DNA of 62,987 nucleotides, counting the filler, from Dimargaris cristalligena (lineage: Eukaryota), in the NCBI GenBank assembly GCA_003614675.1. It is 2 parts of 2 records of this genome, joined end to end, with 100 filler letters (N's around TTAATTAATTAA, not from the genome) between each part and the next. Parts side by side here need not be neighbours in the genome. Positions count along the whole stretch, not along the records: positions 31,560 to 62,987 come from ML002439.1; 1 more part is not named here. One strand, given 5' to 3'. The position numbers and the translations under genes were made by a program. The notes under the pieces are model-generated. The model was not told the DNA's origin. It searched no databases and saw only the letters and a list, made by a program, of their open reading frames with translations. This document shows, piece by piece, positions 32,723-46,819 of the stretch. Position 1 is the stretch's first letter, and each line of letters starts with the position of its first letter.

Positions 32723-35629
32723 ATGTACCGTACCTTACTTCGATCCGGCGGCGGCCATTTGGCCCGGGTCCAACCGACCGGGCCCACCATTCCCGGGCCA
32801 TCGCCACCATTCGCTGCCCCACTGCGGCCGACCGCAACTACCCCTAGAGTGGCGTTATTAGGGTCGACCCTGGGTTCACGGGAACAGGTTCGCGGTTACA
32901 AGGCCAAACTTTACGTGAATAGCAAGTACAAGAAGCGCGATAACTCGGCCAACCATTTCCCTTCATCGTCGTCGGCGCCCGGGTCACGCCGGCCGTCGGG
33001 TGACCCGATGGGTAAACGTCAGGGCCACCGGGGACCCGAAACGTCCTTTTCATCGAAACAGATTGATTCGCTGTACCAATCCATCGGGGGAACCGGAGGC
33101 GGTGACCGGGACCGGGACTTCTCCAGAACTGATCCTACCTCTACTATCAATGACAAGGTCTCGTCCCCCTCTTCGACAACTGCTCCCGCGGCCAACGATG
33201 TCCGGGCCGCCGAACGATTAACGAATGAGCTGTTTTCCCGGGCCTCTTATTTAGATACCCGATCATCCAACGACTCGCAGGCCCAGGGCGGTGAGGGTAG
33301 GAATATCTTGTCTATGGAACAGGCCTTTAGGGCGGGCCTTTTGCCCGGCATTGACACAGCCGGCGAGGTGCCCACCGCGGCCCATTTGCGCGGGAGGACC
33401 ACGAACCCCGCCGATCAATATTACCCGAATGCTTTGGACACGACTTCCGCCGCCACTGCTACTGCTACTACTTCTCTGGAACTCGAAAATACCCCACCCG
33501 CCAATGCCTCGCTTAAAATTTTTAATCAGGTAATTTACGCCAACACCCTGGCCCATCGCCCCGCCGAAGCCGAAAAGGTTCTGGATATGATGGCCGAATA
33601 CGGGGTACAACCGGATATCCGAACCTACTGCCACGTCATGGACGCCTACGCCAACTGCCGGGACTTGAACGGCGTAGTGGCCACGTACGAACGGGTGCAA
33701 CAGGCCGGTCTGGCCGTCAATCTCCACTGCTACGGTATTCTAACCAAGGCGTACATTGGTGCATTACGCCTCGATGATGCCTTCGCCGTGTACGACATCA
33801 TGAAGAAGCGGGGGGTACGCCCTTCCGCCCCCATTTTTACCCAACTGATCAAGGCCTACCTGGACGTTAACCAATTCCAGCGGGCCTGGCAGATTTTCGA
33901 ACACATGCGCTATGAAATCAGCCAACCCGACGAAGTAGCGTTTAGTCACATGATCCACGCCTGTACCCTCCAAAACGAAGTCGAGAAGGCCATCAATTTG
34001 TTCGAGGAAATGGTTGATGCGGGTCTGTACCTCACCGATGTGACGTTTAACTCCCTCCTCAATGCCTGCGCCCATCGCCGGGAATACTTCACCACGGCTT
34101 TTACGGTCCTGGACCAAATGCGCCAGCACGGCATCCAACCCGACGCCTATACCTACAATATTCTCATCTACGCCTGCGCCATGGCCAACGACCTCCCGCG
34201 CGCGCGCCGGCTGTTCCTGGAAATGTTCGAAGTAGCCGAGCGGAACCGGGATCCCCGTCTGGTACCGAACGAAATCACGTATTCGCATATGTTCCTCGCC
34301 TACGCAACGATATTTTCCCCCGTCGTGGCCCGCAAGATTCACAAAACGAAAGTTCGCCACCAACGCCAGCGGACGGCGGACTACCAGGTGCCCCAACCCA
34401 TTGTGGATTTGTTGAAGTTCGACACGGAGTCGCCCGGTTTACAAGAAGGATCCGACGCGGATGCTACAGCTGCTGACTCCCCTCCGGGAGACTCGACCGT
34501 CATGTCGACCGTTCCCTCCCCGGCCCAGGCGAATGGGTCGTTTCAGGTAGTTAAACCCGACCTGGATGCTGAACAAGCCCTTGAGCAGCGGATCGATGTC
34601 CTCCGGGAAGCCGATCGACTATTCCATTTTATGGTTCAGCATTGTCCCACCAAATCATCCACTTCACGGAGCAACGGTAGCCAGGGCCCTGCATCGTCAT
34701 CATCCGCCGCCCGTTTCACCAACAAACTCCTCAACAACTACCTTTCCCTCCTGGCCAACTACGGCCAAGTCAAACGGGCCCTCCATCTCTACCAACATAC
34801 GTTCACCCAATTGGGCCTCCAGCCCGACGGCTGGACCTACGAAACGATGCTGAATTTATGCAGTCGGGAGAATCGCTTCGAAGAGGGACGCCGGATTTGG
34901 AAAGAGTACACGACATGGTCCCAGGCCCACGAGACATCCCTCGATTTGCCCAAGGGGACAGCCCCCTTAGCAGCCCAAGCCGGGGAGGGCCGCGATCAAC
35001 CCAAACAACGGTTATCGCTCGAGGCCCAACTAAGTATCCGCTCGGACCTCGAAAAAGAAAAGGCCCGTATGGAAGTGGGCAAAGCGGCCAGACAAGAATA
35101 CCTAACCTACCGTGCAATGATCAATATGGTCACCAAGTAAGTGCTAAACAAAAGGGAATATAGCCGATATAGCTAACGATATGATTGGGTCAGAAAGACC
35201 CGTTGTAATTTATGTATTGGCCTTTAGGTCAGGCGGTCAATAAATGTCCCCTAGTTTACCGCCCACCCTATTATTTACTAACCCCTAATGTGCTATGGTC
35301 TTAATACACTATCCCTCCCCCTCCACCACCACCACCTTCACTATATTTTACTTAGACAAAACGATATTAAGCAAGCCATGGCTCTTCTCCGCCGGTTAGT
35401 GGCCATCCCGTACAACCAGCAAAACCTATCCCTCAAAAACTTCCGCAACCTATTCAACAAAACAGTGGAACTGGATGATAAAACCAGCCGGAGTGAACTG
35501 TTGCGCATGTGTCCCGCCGAGGATAAAACCGTTCGGTACGGCCTGGCCCGTAAATGGGGGAGCACCGTGCCGTGGGATGTCGGTATTACGAAACGACAAG
35601 TCCTGGTGGAGGAAGGTGAAGACTCTTAG
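32723..35629 (+). CDS. Mitochondrial pentatricopeptide-repeat protein (CCM1-like architecture); exons 32723-35136 and 35356-35629
   Basis: Arg-rich, acid-free N-terminal presequence and tandem 35-aa PPRs (e.g. TYCHVMDAYA..GVQPD, TFNSLLNACA, TYNILIYACA..GIQPD). Intron GTAAGT..TACTAAC..CTTAG joins the two ORFs in frame (phase 2). Confidence 0.88.
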
Positions 35630-36279
35630 GCCCAACCTCTCTGTGCTTCCCTGTGGCCTTCTATTAATGGATATGGGTATCGTACGGGTAAACATTGGTA
35701 TTATATTCTCAAAAAACAAATCTATCAGGTCACATAATGGAATGAACTATATAAAAATAAATATCCATAGATAAAAAAATAATGGGGCTCGAAGTCGACG
35801 GGAAAATTGGAACTAGACAGCAGTGGCTATAAGAACATATGGAGAACGCGATATGGGCCAGCGGAGTGCCTTTCCGTCATATTAAAGAGTGGGATATTTC
35901 GGAAATATATATTTAAAAACAATAACAAATAAGAAAAAACAGTACTGAGACAAATGCCGAGATCCTTAAACCCTAGAAAGACGCGGTGGTTTAGTGTGAA
36001 AACAGCCCTCCATCCTTCTTTGAAATGAAAAATAAGGAAGAGGGAGGGGAAATGGGGCATGTCATGGTGAAGGCACTTCATCGTAAAATCATATGGCACA
36101 CATACACCCAAAAATAATAAAAAGAACATTAAAAGCTGCGTGACTGTATAGAGGAGGGGTGGATAAAATATGTATATGTTGACAAGAAGGAACGATGCTA
36201 TAACAAAACAAAAAAAAAGGCGGAAGCGTAGTAGCAGAAAGGGAAGCATAAAAAGAATATATGAAGGACACGGACAAAT

Positions 36280-38259
36280 CTATGGCTGGGCCTGTTCCAC
36301 GGGTTCAGAGTGGATGGATACTGTTGCGCTAGACCCATTCACCATGGTTGCCAGGGAACTCGAATAGCCATTTATTCCCTCTGACGGATCAGCCGGGTCG
36401 AGTCGTGACCGTTTGGTGGGCGGGTCGATATCCATGCTCTGGTCAGACGGCGACGGGGACCGGGACATGGGCAGGGTTTGGTCGACAGTAGAGGCTAGAG
36501 ACACTCGGTCACCAGTATCCACTTCGCCCTCCAGTTCAACAGTGATTTCGGGGGGCGGGGGCGAACCGGCCGACTTGGAATCCGATGCCCGGGATTGGGA
36601 CACGGGGAGGTTTGTCCGGAATTTCTTCATGATGTAGTTTCTACATTTTTCAACGTTGGGCAGACTCTGAACCATCATGGCAACGGTGGGGTTGTTGAGG
36701 CCAAAGTAGTCTGGGCCGGACGCTGCCCCGCTGTGGGGATCCGGGCGGTGGCTATTAGCGGCCTTGACGCATGTGGTCCATACCCCCGTGGGCGAGCCGG
36801 CCTCCAGGACATGGCCGGGGTTATCCTCAGCCTCTAATAGAAACCATGGGTGATCGTCTTTTTCCAAGATGGTACCGGTGTAGGTGGTGGTGGTATTAGG
36901 GTTAGTCATGCTGCGATACTGGCGTTTGACTTGGTAGCCTAACGGCCAAATATGCCGCTCGGTGTGAAAAGCATCGCGGTCCCATACCACTTTACCCAAA
37001 CTAATAATCTCGGTTTGCCCCAAGTAATAGGGTAGTTTAAAACTGCCATCGGGCTCTCTCTCTACGTCCAGCACCGATAGCTCGCGGTCGATAACATTGG
37101 TCCCCTGGCGTTTCCGCTTGGTCTTGACGACTTTCTTGGAGGCACTGTTGGCTTCGGTCGATGTTTTTTCAGGCTTGGCTTTAGGGTCCACTGCTTCGCC
37201 AACCGCACTCACTTCAGTGGGTGGAGGGGGTTGCGATTTACTCGCACTACCATTCATGGGTGTGTAAATACTCTGTTGCCTCCGGATCAATTTGGCCTTT
37301 TTACGTGCCTCCTTGTAGAGTTGGTCCGATTTGCTCGATGATACATCTACACGAGTCATGGGATAATGAGTGATATGATAATATATCGAAGAATAGCCAA
37401 TAAGGGGTTATGTGGTTAGAGGCTGGTTGAAGGAAAAGGAAAGGATCACGGGGGAGGAGTAGGAGGGGTGGTGCTATAGTGGGCCCCTAAACCCATCCTC
37501 CCCTTTTTTCCTCGGTTGCCTCCATCCACTGGGGAAAGTGACCCGTGTAAAAAGAGCGGCAATGGAGATGGAAATGAAGTTGCTGAACTTACTTTTGGAG
37601 CCTTCGTCTTCACTTAAATCGGAATCACTTTCGGAAGATGATTGGTCGTAAATATAATTGGGACTCTTGGAGATATGATCCAGCAGAAATCTGAGGTTGT
37701 CCAGGGAGCAGAGAGTAAGAGACACCGGGAGTAAAAGGGGGAAAACTCAATAAAGAGTATGGTTAGATGGAATGTTGCTGGGATTGGCTATGCGCTCACT
37801 TGGCAGGAGCCTTTAAGGAGTGGAGACCAGGGGGCACGGGCATAATTAAACTAGGCCAATCCATCAGCCACGAGGGTCGATTATTTATAGAGCGATCAAG
37901 AAAATGAGATGGACCAATAAACAACCGAATAAGGTGGGAGAAAACCAGCATGTTTGCAGAGGTGGGGGGGAGGGGGCTTACATTTTGGCCTGGCGTAGGC
38001 GTTGAATCTGATTTCGATATTCGTCTAGTTGCTGGTATAGGAGCCTATTCTCTTCGTAAAAAGATAATACCTCACTTTTAACGCGAAGGTATTTCGCACG
38101 GGGCACCGTCCTCCCTACGGAGGCTGCGGAAGTCGGGGTCTCCGGCACTGGTTTAGCAGGCGCTGCTTGGGGAGTGGGAGCAGCTTTGGGCCGTTTACCA
38201 CGCGGTTTCTTGACGGGTGTAACTGGGGCGACAGGAGTGACTGGGGTGGAATCCGACAT
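36280..38259 (-). CDS. TBRG1: TBRG1/NIAM-like chromatin protein with N-terminal coiled coil and FYRN/FYRC domains (~480 aa); exons 38259-37982, 37690-37593, 37346-36280
   Basis: Coiled coil KYLRVKSEV..FYEEN..L..QL..Y..QI.RLRQAKIFLLD, FYRN (IISLGKVV..RDAFHTERHIWPLGY) and FYRC (GSPTGVW..SGPDYFGLNNPTV..MVQSLPNVEKC..Y). GT-AG introns give a 1443-nt in-frame CDS. Confidence 0.8.
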
Positions 38260-38800
38260 GGGGGAGATTAGCGCAGGCGGTGTCTTCGAGGGAAGGAAGG
38301 AAAAGGGGCGGGTCGCGTCCCGGAAAAGATAATAGAAGCAAGATGGGCCCGATGTCCGAGGACTGTAGTTGCGAATGGAGCAACTGGCGGAAAATAGACC
38401 AGTCGGATAAATGCAGCTTGTGGATTGAGAAGGGCGGATGGGGGACCAATAAAAAAATAAGACGAAAGGCGTGGACGAGATGAATAGAGATTCGGGCACC
38501 AACCGTCTATAAATAGAGATAGCACAGAACGCGGGAGACGAGGCTATAAATCAAGGTAGAGTGAGGTAACGGACCCTTGAAGGGTAAGGGGGAGAGGAGG
38601 GCTCTTGGATAAGCGTGGTAGTGGTGTAGAGGAGGGCGTCACTTTGCCACGGCAGCGGGTTGGTGAGATAATAGAGCTGAATAATATGAGAATATATTTG
38701 GGTTTAGAGAATCGACCACAGAGATTATAAGAAGGACTGGGCTAGGACATGCCGATAATGGAAAGCAAAGACAGACCGTACTCGAAAAGAAACGTCAGGG

Positions 38801-38824
38801 TATATATATATATATATATATATA
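38801..38824. repeat. (TA)n microsatellite
   Basis: tatatata... run read directly. Confidence 0.85.
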
Positions 38825-41703
38825 AGAAAGAGGAGGTGGGTGGGTTACGGCTATTAGAAGAAATAAGAGGAGGGGAGCCAGTGCTTAGGAATGGGAATAG
38901 AGAAGAAGTTAAGAAAGAAAAGGACCAAACCCAGTCCAGGCGAGGGCAGCGTAGGGTTTTATAGGGGCGATGGGGAGAGGAGAAAAGGAGGGAAAGAGAA
39001 GGAAAGGCATACACCCCGGAAAAAAAGACAGAGCGAAAGTCATCATCATCCGTCCTTTTAGATGGGGAAGGAAGACAGGAAAGAACGCATACATTGATGA
39101 GAGTGGGGGGATACTTGGGCAAACCCCGCCACCATACATCTATCTCAACCACACCTATCTTTACACTATAGAGTAGAGAAAGAGGGAACCACCACAACAT
39201 TCAATGCGCGAGAACCATTCGTTTGGATGTATGCGCATATATAGAGAGAAAAGAGGGGAGGGGAGGTGGGCTTGGAAGCCAATTGGATTGAAATCCCCAG
39301 CCGCGCATACACCCTCCCCACTGCCATTTCCCCTCCCTCCTTCCTTCAAAAGACCCTCTCTCACTCGATAATTCCATGGACAGCCGACCTGCTTTCCTTC
39401 TTTCCTTTCCGTTCTTTTCCTTTCTTTTTCCCTTACCTAATCATTGGACCGGCTTGCAGTAGTTGCCTGGGATCCCCTCAAATTACCAATGCTTTGGTGG
39501 GGCCAGGTGATGTATCCACCACCCACCCACCCCTTCTCCTCTAATTTTAGACTAAAGGATACGAGGGGAGCATCTATTATCTATTGACAGAGGGTATACA
39601 TGTCTAGTCTACGCATCCACCTCTTCCCTCTTTATAAGGTCTGGGTTGGCTAGGTTGCTTTACCCTCCATGAATAACAACAATACCCCTCCATTGGGTGT
39701 TACTGGGGGGGAATACCCGTACGGCCTTCTCACCCTAGGTGGTTAACTAACTAACCACCCCCTCAAGATTACCACTCCCAACAGTACTGGCCCGGGTAAT
39801 AAATACTACCAACCTACACATCTTACAACACCAGCCAGTCGGCCAATTGCCCCTCATAACGATGGCCTTGGCCTCGATTTAAACCCCGATGGCCTCTCCA
39901 GTGCCCTGGGTTACCTCTCGTTCCGATAATCTTGATCACGACTGTCCTTGGCCCCACGGCTACACTCACGTGTTTGCTATTCCCCACCAGGGACCGCTCC
40001 GATTGCTGCTCCCAAGAAGCACAGCCCGCTCCCCTCCCCACAGTCCCCGCCAAGGATGCTGCTTCTGCTTCTGCTTCTGTCCATCAGGTACCCCAGTCGA
40101 AAGGGGGGATCATTTCGTACGGCGGATGTCAAGAGCTGGGGTAAGTGGGTATGCATAGATGAGAGGTCTCTCATTGTAGCCAAATAAGCCAGCGGGTTCT
40201 CTTCCAGACTAATTAACTACCCCATTCCCCTTACCTGGGCTACACGTACGTCACTAAAGAGGCATATGGGAAGATCCTGGCTAGGAGGAGAGGTGGATCC
40301 GTCAGAAGTTATCTCCTTCTCCTCTTTACAGACACCCACACGGCACCCTTTTTTAAAACTTTGATGAAGTGAACGTAATCTCAGGCCCCAAGGGACAATC
40401 CTGTCTTGGTTGGTATTTTTATTCCGAAATTGCCGGCACTTCGCCCAGCACTTTAGTTGATAAAACAACTAGGGCCCCGAATATCTCTAACTGGGCTAGG
40501 TAGGTGTAGATTACCCGATAAATAAAACGGTGAAGTAGAATGTCAATAATAGGGGGTAATTTGCCTCGAAATAATTAACTCGCCCTCTCATGCGCAAGCC
40601 AGTTAAACCTACCTAACCGCGCCTAAGGATATACGCGTTTAAAACTGCTGCTAGATACATCTTGCCCACAGCCTGCCTGCCCTTCGCAAATACCCATACC
40701 ATGGCTCACTAGAAATGGCAATCGCCCTTTAATATCAACTCACGTTATATTGCACAGGGGTTAGCGTAGGTGCATATTGTTGGAAATATAAATACGATGG
40801 TAAACGCAAGTACCTTCAAATGCAACTATAAAGATTTAAAGAAGAGAGAAAGAACCGCAAGGGGCAAAGCTAGATGCCCGCAGTTAATTTTATTGTGTTG
40901 GAAATAGCAGTAATGATAATAAAAACATTGTTCTGAGTATAGGATGATATAATCATAGATAGAGAATAGTCCTGGGTGTTAGGACGGACCAATCAGAGTA
41001 AAGGATTCCGAGGGGCGGGAGAAATGAATTTCCGACGCATATTAGACCTTCCCATCCTGGCTTGGATTCGTACAAGCATACCCTTTTATTTGATCCTTCC
41101 ACCAGATGACTTACAACCATGTATTCTACTTAGATTGGCATTATTGCTCATTCCCCCTTCCCGTTGGTGCAGTGTTTAGCCCAACCTTCCAACCTCAACC
41201 CTGAAATGAATCCCCCGAATTCGAAGGTGTTGTTGCCCATCTCCCGCTTTAGATAATCCAAGGAAGGATGGGTGGATTCTAAGGCTCCCTGGAGGCAGGC
41301 TGCAGGGGTAATTGTGCATCATCACGGCAGTACTGAATGGCTCAGTTCCACCGAATCCCCCTGTCCGTGCTCGACTGAATTGGCCCAGCTGTGGTTAACC
41401 TAGGCGGATTCAATGGGTATCTGTTGGTAAGACGCCCTTACCAACCGGTCACCTAATGGTCCATGAATGAATGATTTATTAGAGATTGCGTTCCTTGGCC
41501 AATCCCTTCTATTCTGTCAAACGAACATACTGCTAACCCGAAATCCACACTGCCCAGCCAAATATCATCTACCTGGGAGGGCTCTATTGAATCTCGAAGT
41601 GCTGACACCGGTAACCCCCTGGCCCCTTTGATTATACAACCATTACATCCGCCAGCTATTTCGCTGGGCCCTTTTCAATTGCATTTGTTTTGGTGAAATT
41701 TAG

Positions 41704-44700
41704 GGCCTGAGTTCGCTGTGGAACCCACCTGATCGCACCTGTCACCCCTCCCCCCCCGACGGCGGTCGCGATGCCGCCTCCGGTCTCTTGGGCCGCTCCC
41801 CCTCCTCTGGACAGTGCGCCGTCAAAGACCCGCTGTATCTAACCCAACGTAATATCTCCAATCCTTTACCACCCACCCGCCCTCCGAAATCTAAACTGCG
41901 CACCAAACCATCATTCGGTTCAGCCCTTGGGGTGCAGGGTTTCGTTAGTTCGGCGTCGTTGGCCTCGCAGGGCGCTCATTCAGTGGCATCGGCGCCCCCC
42001 GCCCGCGCGGATCACCAGCGCTGGTCCCAGGTGTCAACCTCGCCTGGCCCGGCGATGTTTGGCGATTCCCCGAGCGTAACTACTCTCAGGCGGGCTTCCC
42101 AGGTCACCACGGCATCCCAAGAGACCGCCACCACCGTTGGTCCAAGTGGTGGTGACAACGACCCCCTTCTCTCACGCACCAGCAGCTCTGCTTCATCTAA
42201 CGCATCGGACCCCGACTACACGCCACCCATTTGTCCGCTACCCGCCTTTCCTGCCCCCTCGCTCACCGGCCCTAATATGCCGCCCATGCCTTTCCCAAAT
42301 CCCGCAACTATCGACGGCCTTCTCCGGCGTATGTTTGGCGATACCAAATTCTATCCCGTTACGACTGCCGATTCCTTCTGTGCCGTCTCTCGGCAGGTGC
42401 GCGAAGTATATACCCAATACTGCACCAACTTCGACACAGCCATGGCTTGCTTGGCCATTCTACAGAAGAATGATCCGGATACTCGCATCTTTCTCGAGCG
42501 CCAACAGCGTCATTTAGCGGGTAAAACTCACGCTTGGGATTTGGCCTCGCTGCTAATCAAGCCCGTCCAGCGGGTGTTGAAATATCCGCTCCTTTTTCAA
42601 CAACTGACCAAACTCACGGATGGTGCTACTCCCGAAGCGACTGCCTTTCAATCTGCTCACCGAAAGGCCGAATCCATTGCTGAGCATATCAACCTCGTTA
42701 AGAAACGCGCCGGTCTGGTTCATCGCATCCTTGAGCAAAATGGTACGCTGATCCGCTCCCAAGTCAAGGGCCCGGATGCACTCGCGGTTGGTCAACTGGC
42801 CAAACGGACTCCACTGCGAAAGCTAAGCATTAATCACCACCATTACCCCTCCGCGGAGGCCACCGGGCGACTGGCTCATTCCAAGTCATCCCAAAGTCTG
42901 CGGCCCAACCTGCCAGTATCCTCCAGTCCCCCGGCCGCACCCACGTCCATACCCATACCCGTGAAGGTCCCTCAGGGAGGCCCTCGCCGTCTATCCCATT
43001 CCAAGTCACACTCCCAGCTTCGCACCGACTTGCAGATCACCTCCCAAAATGGCTCGAGCCTGAAGGAACTCTCGCAGACTCTACGAATGGGACTTGTGAA
43101 AACGCTGGGTCGCCATAAAACTCCGCGTATGGAAATTCCTCGCCCCAATATGCTGGTCCCTCCCAAGCCAATCCTGGGCCACCAGAATGTCTCTACGGCC
43201 CCTGGTGCCTTACCCATAGGCCTAGCTGTGTTCGCAGAAGAGCCGAAAGGTACCCCTTCCGCCCCATCGACTGGGTCACGCTCCCCTGTAGCACCCGTGC
43301 CCTCGCCTAAATCGGCCCACCCCCACATGGGCCGTATGATTCGAAACCGGACCGACTCTTCGACCGCCTTCACGGACCTTTTAAAGCGATACGAGAGCCA
43401 ATTACTAGCTGTCTACCGGTTACAGAAGCAAATGGAAGCCTGGGTGTATAACACTACGGCATGGTCCGCTCAGTGGTCTCAATTGGCGCGCAGCACCCAC
43501 GACTTACTAATGCTAACGCCCCTCACTCCTTCTGAACGCAGCCGGATTCGTATTGGCAAAGACCGCACCCCGCTGGGGCGTGCCCCAACTGGCCTCCCCC
43601 TTGAGCCTAATGAGCGATCGTATCCAACCCAGTCCCGGTCCAATTCACTTGAGTCGGATGAAGACAGTCTGGCCGTGGCCTTCAGCCGGGCCATCCAGGA
43701 GTACCCGGCCCCACCGCTGGCCCCCAACGGTCGGCGATCAGAGGCCAGCCCAACTGCTTCGCTAACTTCTCTCGCTGGTCCCGGACGCAAGGCCCCCGGA
43801 TCTCGAATTAGTTCTAATTCAAGCATCGATACCATGGTTAATGGTAGTGGACCGGCCTCGACTCCACCTGCGCCCCCACCTGCTCGACTGGGGATATCCA
43901 CCACCAGCCAGCGGAACATTCGCACTCGAGAGGTTCGCTCAGCCAGCTTCAGTGAAAGTCCCGTGTCCCCGGTTCCCCGGGGCGGCAATGATGCTGGTGG
44001 CCATCCATTTGACTCCTCTAAGCCAGGACATCGCCCCATCATTAATCCAGTCGACTCGGGTTTTATTCAACGAGCGGCTACGCTCTGCAGACACACCAAC
44101 GAAATCGATGCCGCGATTGTTCACAGTATGGTAAGTACAACGGGCCCAGCTGGAGTAAATTAACCCGCGTTTATGCCTCTTGCCTCATCCTAGGAATACC
44201 ACTTATGAATGACATATTGGTTCGGGCTTCTGTGATTTACTAACTATGCCTATCTTCTTGTTGCCTGTATTTGGCGTTTCATATCCATTTGTCCCGAATG
44301 GACGGCTATTGCTGCAATAGACACACATGATGGCCACTGAAGTGTTTCCAACCTTACAGTGCCTGATTGGCCTTTTTCATAACCCGTCAATTGTCATCAA
44401 GAAACACTCTGAGCGACAGATTGATTACATTCGGTTCCGAACATTAAAGCAACAGGGTGATACACCGCTACCTACTGAAAAACACCTAGCGGAAATGGCC
44501 GACGAATACGTATTACTGGGAGCCCAACTCTTAGAAGAGCTCCCGGTTTTTCTCCGAATTACCACTCGTCTCTTCACATTAATCGCGTCTCGCTTTTTGA
44601 CTGTCCAGACGGAATTCTACGAACAGTGCGCACTCAGCCTGCGTGGCCATCTCTTCCACGGCCGAGACGCATTCCAGGTTAGTTCGGGTGCCCTACGCCA

Positions 44701-46045
44701 AATCGCCCAGGACTACCGCCTAGCTCTCAATGTTCCCACCCACCCTAATCGCTTCTCCTACTTGGACGCTCCCAAATCACCTGGATCGGATGTGCTCCTC
44801 AGTCCCTCCCTGCTGGACGCCAAACCAATCCCAGGGCCCTGGGACGACCGCGGTGCCGCGAGCGCCATCGATCTCACCCGCTGGCAAGACGATACCACAT
44901 CGATACGGCTCACCCCGATCCACCCCTCACTATCCGCCAGTCCAGCGGTTCACCACGTCCCTGAAGCATCCGCTACCGTGGCCCTAAGTTTAAGCGAACG
45001 CCTTGATCGTATTGCCGACAACATTAAATGGTCCGTTGATAAAACACGCGGTGCGCAAACTAAGCGCCGCAGTCGCTCTTTCGGCCAAACGACCTTACCG
45101 GCATCCGATCCTACGAATACATTGATCGGTGATGAGTATGACGCCGTCCCCCATCCGGTGCGGGTTAAAACGAGCCGCTCGGGACTATCCCGCGAATCGT
45201 CGCTCTCTCGGCGCCGGGCTGTACTGATTGACTTTATTCAGGACGATGACGTTGAGACCAATTCGTCGCTGCTCTTTGGGGGGCCTGCTCACCCCCACCC
45301 AGCAGAGACCCGCCTGCACGGACCGGCACCCATTCACCGCGACCCCTCTCACACTTCGTCCCAGTTGGACAACCCATTCCTTACCCCCGATGAATATCCC
45401 GCCGACCTGGGATACCTGACGGGGCTCGACGAGGCGTCACTCTATGACGAGAGTCGATTACCCTCTCCATCCCAGCCCGCACATTTTCCATCGTACATGT
45501 TCGACTCCTTTGCGTCATTAAATCTGATGGCCGATGATGGCCGTCTACGGGAAGGAAGCGCCTCGTCTGCCTCGCATACCCCACGCACCATGTCCCGACA
45601 GAATTCCAACAAAACCCCCGCTGGCCTCACGGAGTCCTTGCCACGTTTGCCCCAGGTTGGGCTTAATCGGTCGGACTCGTGGGGTATCGCTGGGTTAGCG
45701 GGGCAGGTTAGAGACACTCGGCCTCCACCACCCCGGCCGGCCGATCCGTTTGCCGACTCGACTCCGCTGCCTGACCCTTACACTCCTCCATTCCCATATG
45801 AATCTCTCCAACCCGCCGCGTTTGTGTGCATCGCCATTTACCCGCACACCGCCCAGACCCCCCACGAGTTGACTTTTGTCCACGGGGACCATATCGAGGT
45901 AACCCAAATTGCACAGGCCCGGCCGCATGTGGGCGGAGTGTCGTCCCTGGAAGGCCACGGCCTCTACTGGTACTTTGGTGAAATATGCTTCAAATCGGGA
46001 ATCAAGGGCTGGTTCCCTGCCAACTTCGCTATTAAAAATGTGTAA
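41704..46045 (+). CDS. RhoGEF(DH, partial)-BAR-SH3 protein, Gef1/Tuba-like; exons 41704-44130 and 44321-46045; 5' end unresolved
   Basis: DH C-terminal half VYTQYCTNFD..WDLASLLIKPVQRVLKYPLL..IAEHIN, BAR-like helices (LFHNPS.VIKKH..RQIDY.RF..YV.L..QLLEELPVF) and a C-terminal SH3 (AIYPH..ELTF..GD.I..WYFG..GWFPANF). Intron GTAAGT..TACTAAC..ATAG is phase 0. Confidence 0.8.
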
Positions 46046-46819
46046 TGCGACCGGGTGGTTCCTTTGATCGTGGACTCTCTGGTATCGCCCATTGGCATAT
46101 ATGTCCACCATCGCTTCTCCCTCCCTAATGGTCATTCGCTCTGTGACTATACCATGTACCCTCTTGTTCCAGTTTGTATGTAACTCATCTTTTTTCCCCA
46201 CCGGCGGAATTCTCGTCGCATCTATATTTTCTCTCCTTTATCAGTCAGCCTTCCCGCACATTGCCCCGCTACTCATTTCGCCAATCTAATGTTTATACCG
46301 TATATATCATCATTGTTTTACCCCCCCCTCTTACCCATTCATGTCGTAACCCCCCTTTGGCGACATGACACTATTGCTTTATCTATCTCCTAATACCCGC
46401 CACTCTCCCTAATGCCGGTCTGTGCAACCCCCTTTTTTTGCCCTGACCTTTATCATAACCCCATGCCTTCATTCTAACACAATAAACCCCATCAATAAAA
46501 GCATTGGGTATACGCCACAACCGTGGGGTTCGCGCATGGCTTTTACCCAAATAGACAGAGGGTTAATACTGAAATCTATTTACTATGGGAGCCATTCCGT
46601 TTTCCGGGTATCTAATGATCGGATATTATCTACATTGATTACATTTATAATACTAAATGCAGGGTGCGATATGTACCATTGTGCGGCTTTCAGCAACATA
46701 CACGTGCTATCAAAGTACAAGGCCTGTCCTTTAAAGTGATCTACCATTTGTCCAAATAATCCCACCAGGTGATGATGATCTTGCGTATCCAGTACGAGTA
46801 GTTTCTAACTAAAAGTAGG

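Noticed and set aside
39889-40187. Short ORFs ending near GTAAGT at 40141 as first exon of the RhoGEF gene
   Set aside because: No DH similarity and no unambiguous in-phase path to 41704; left unresolved.
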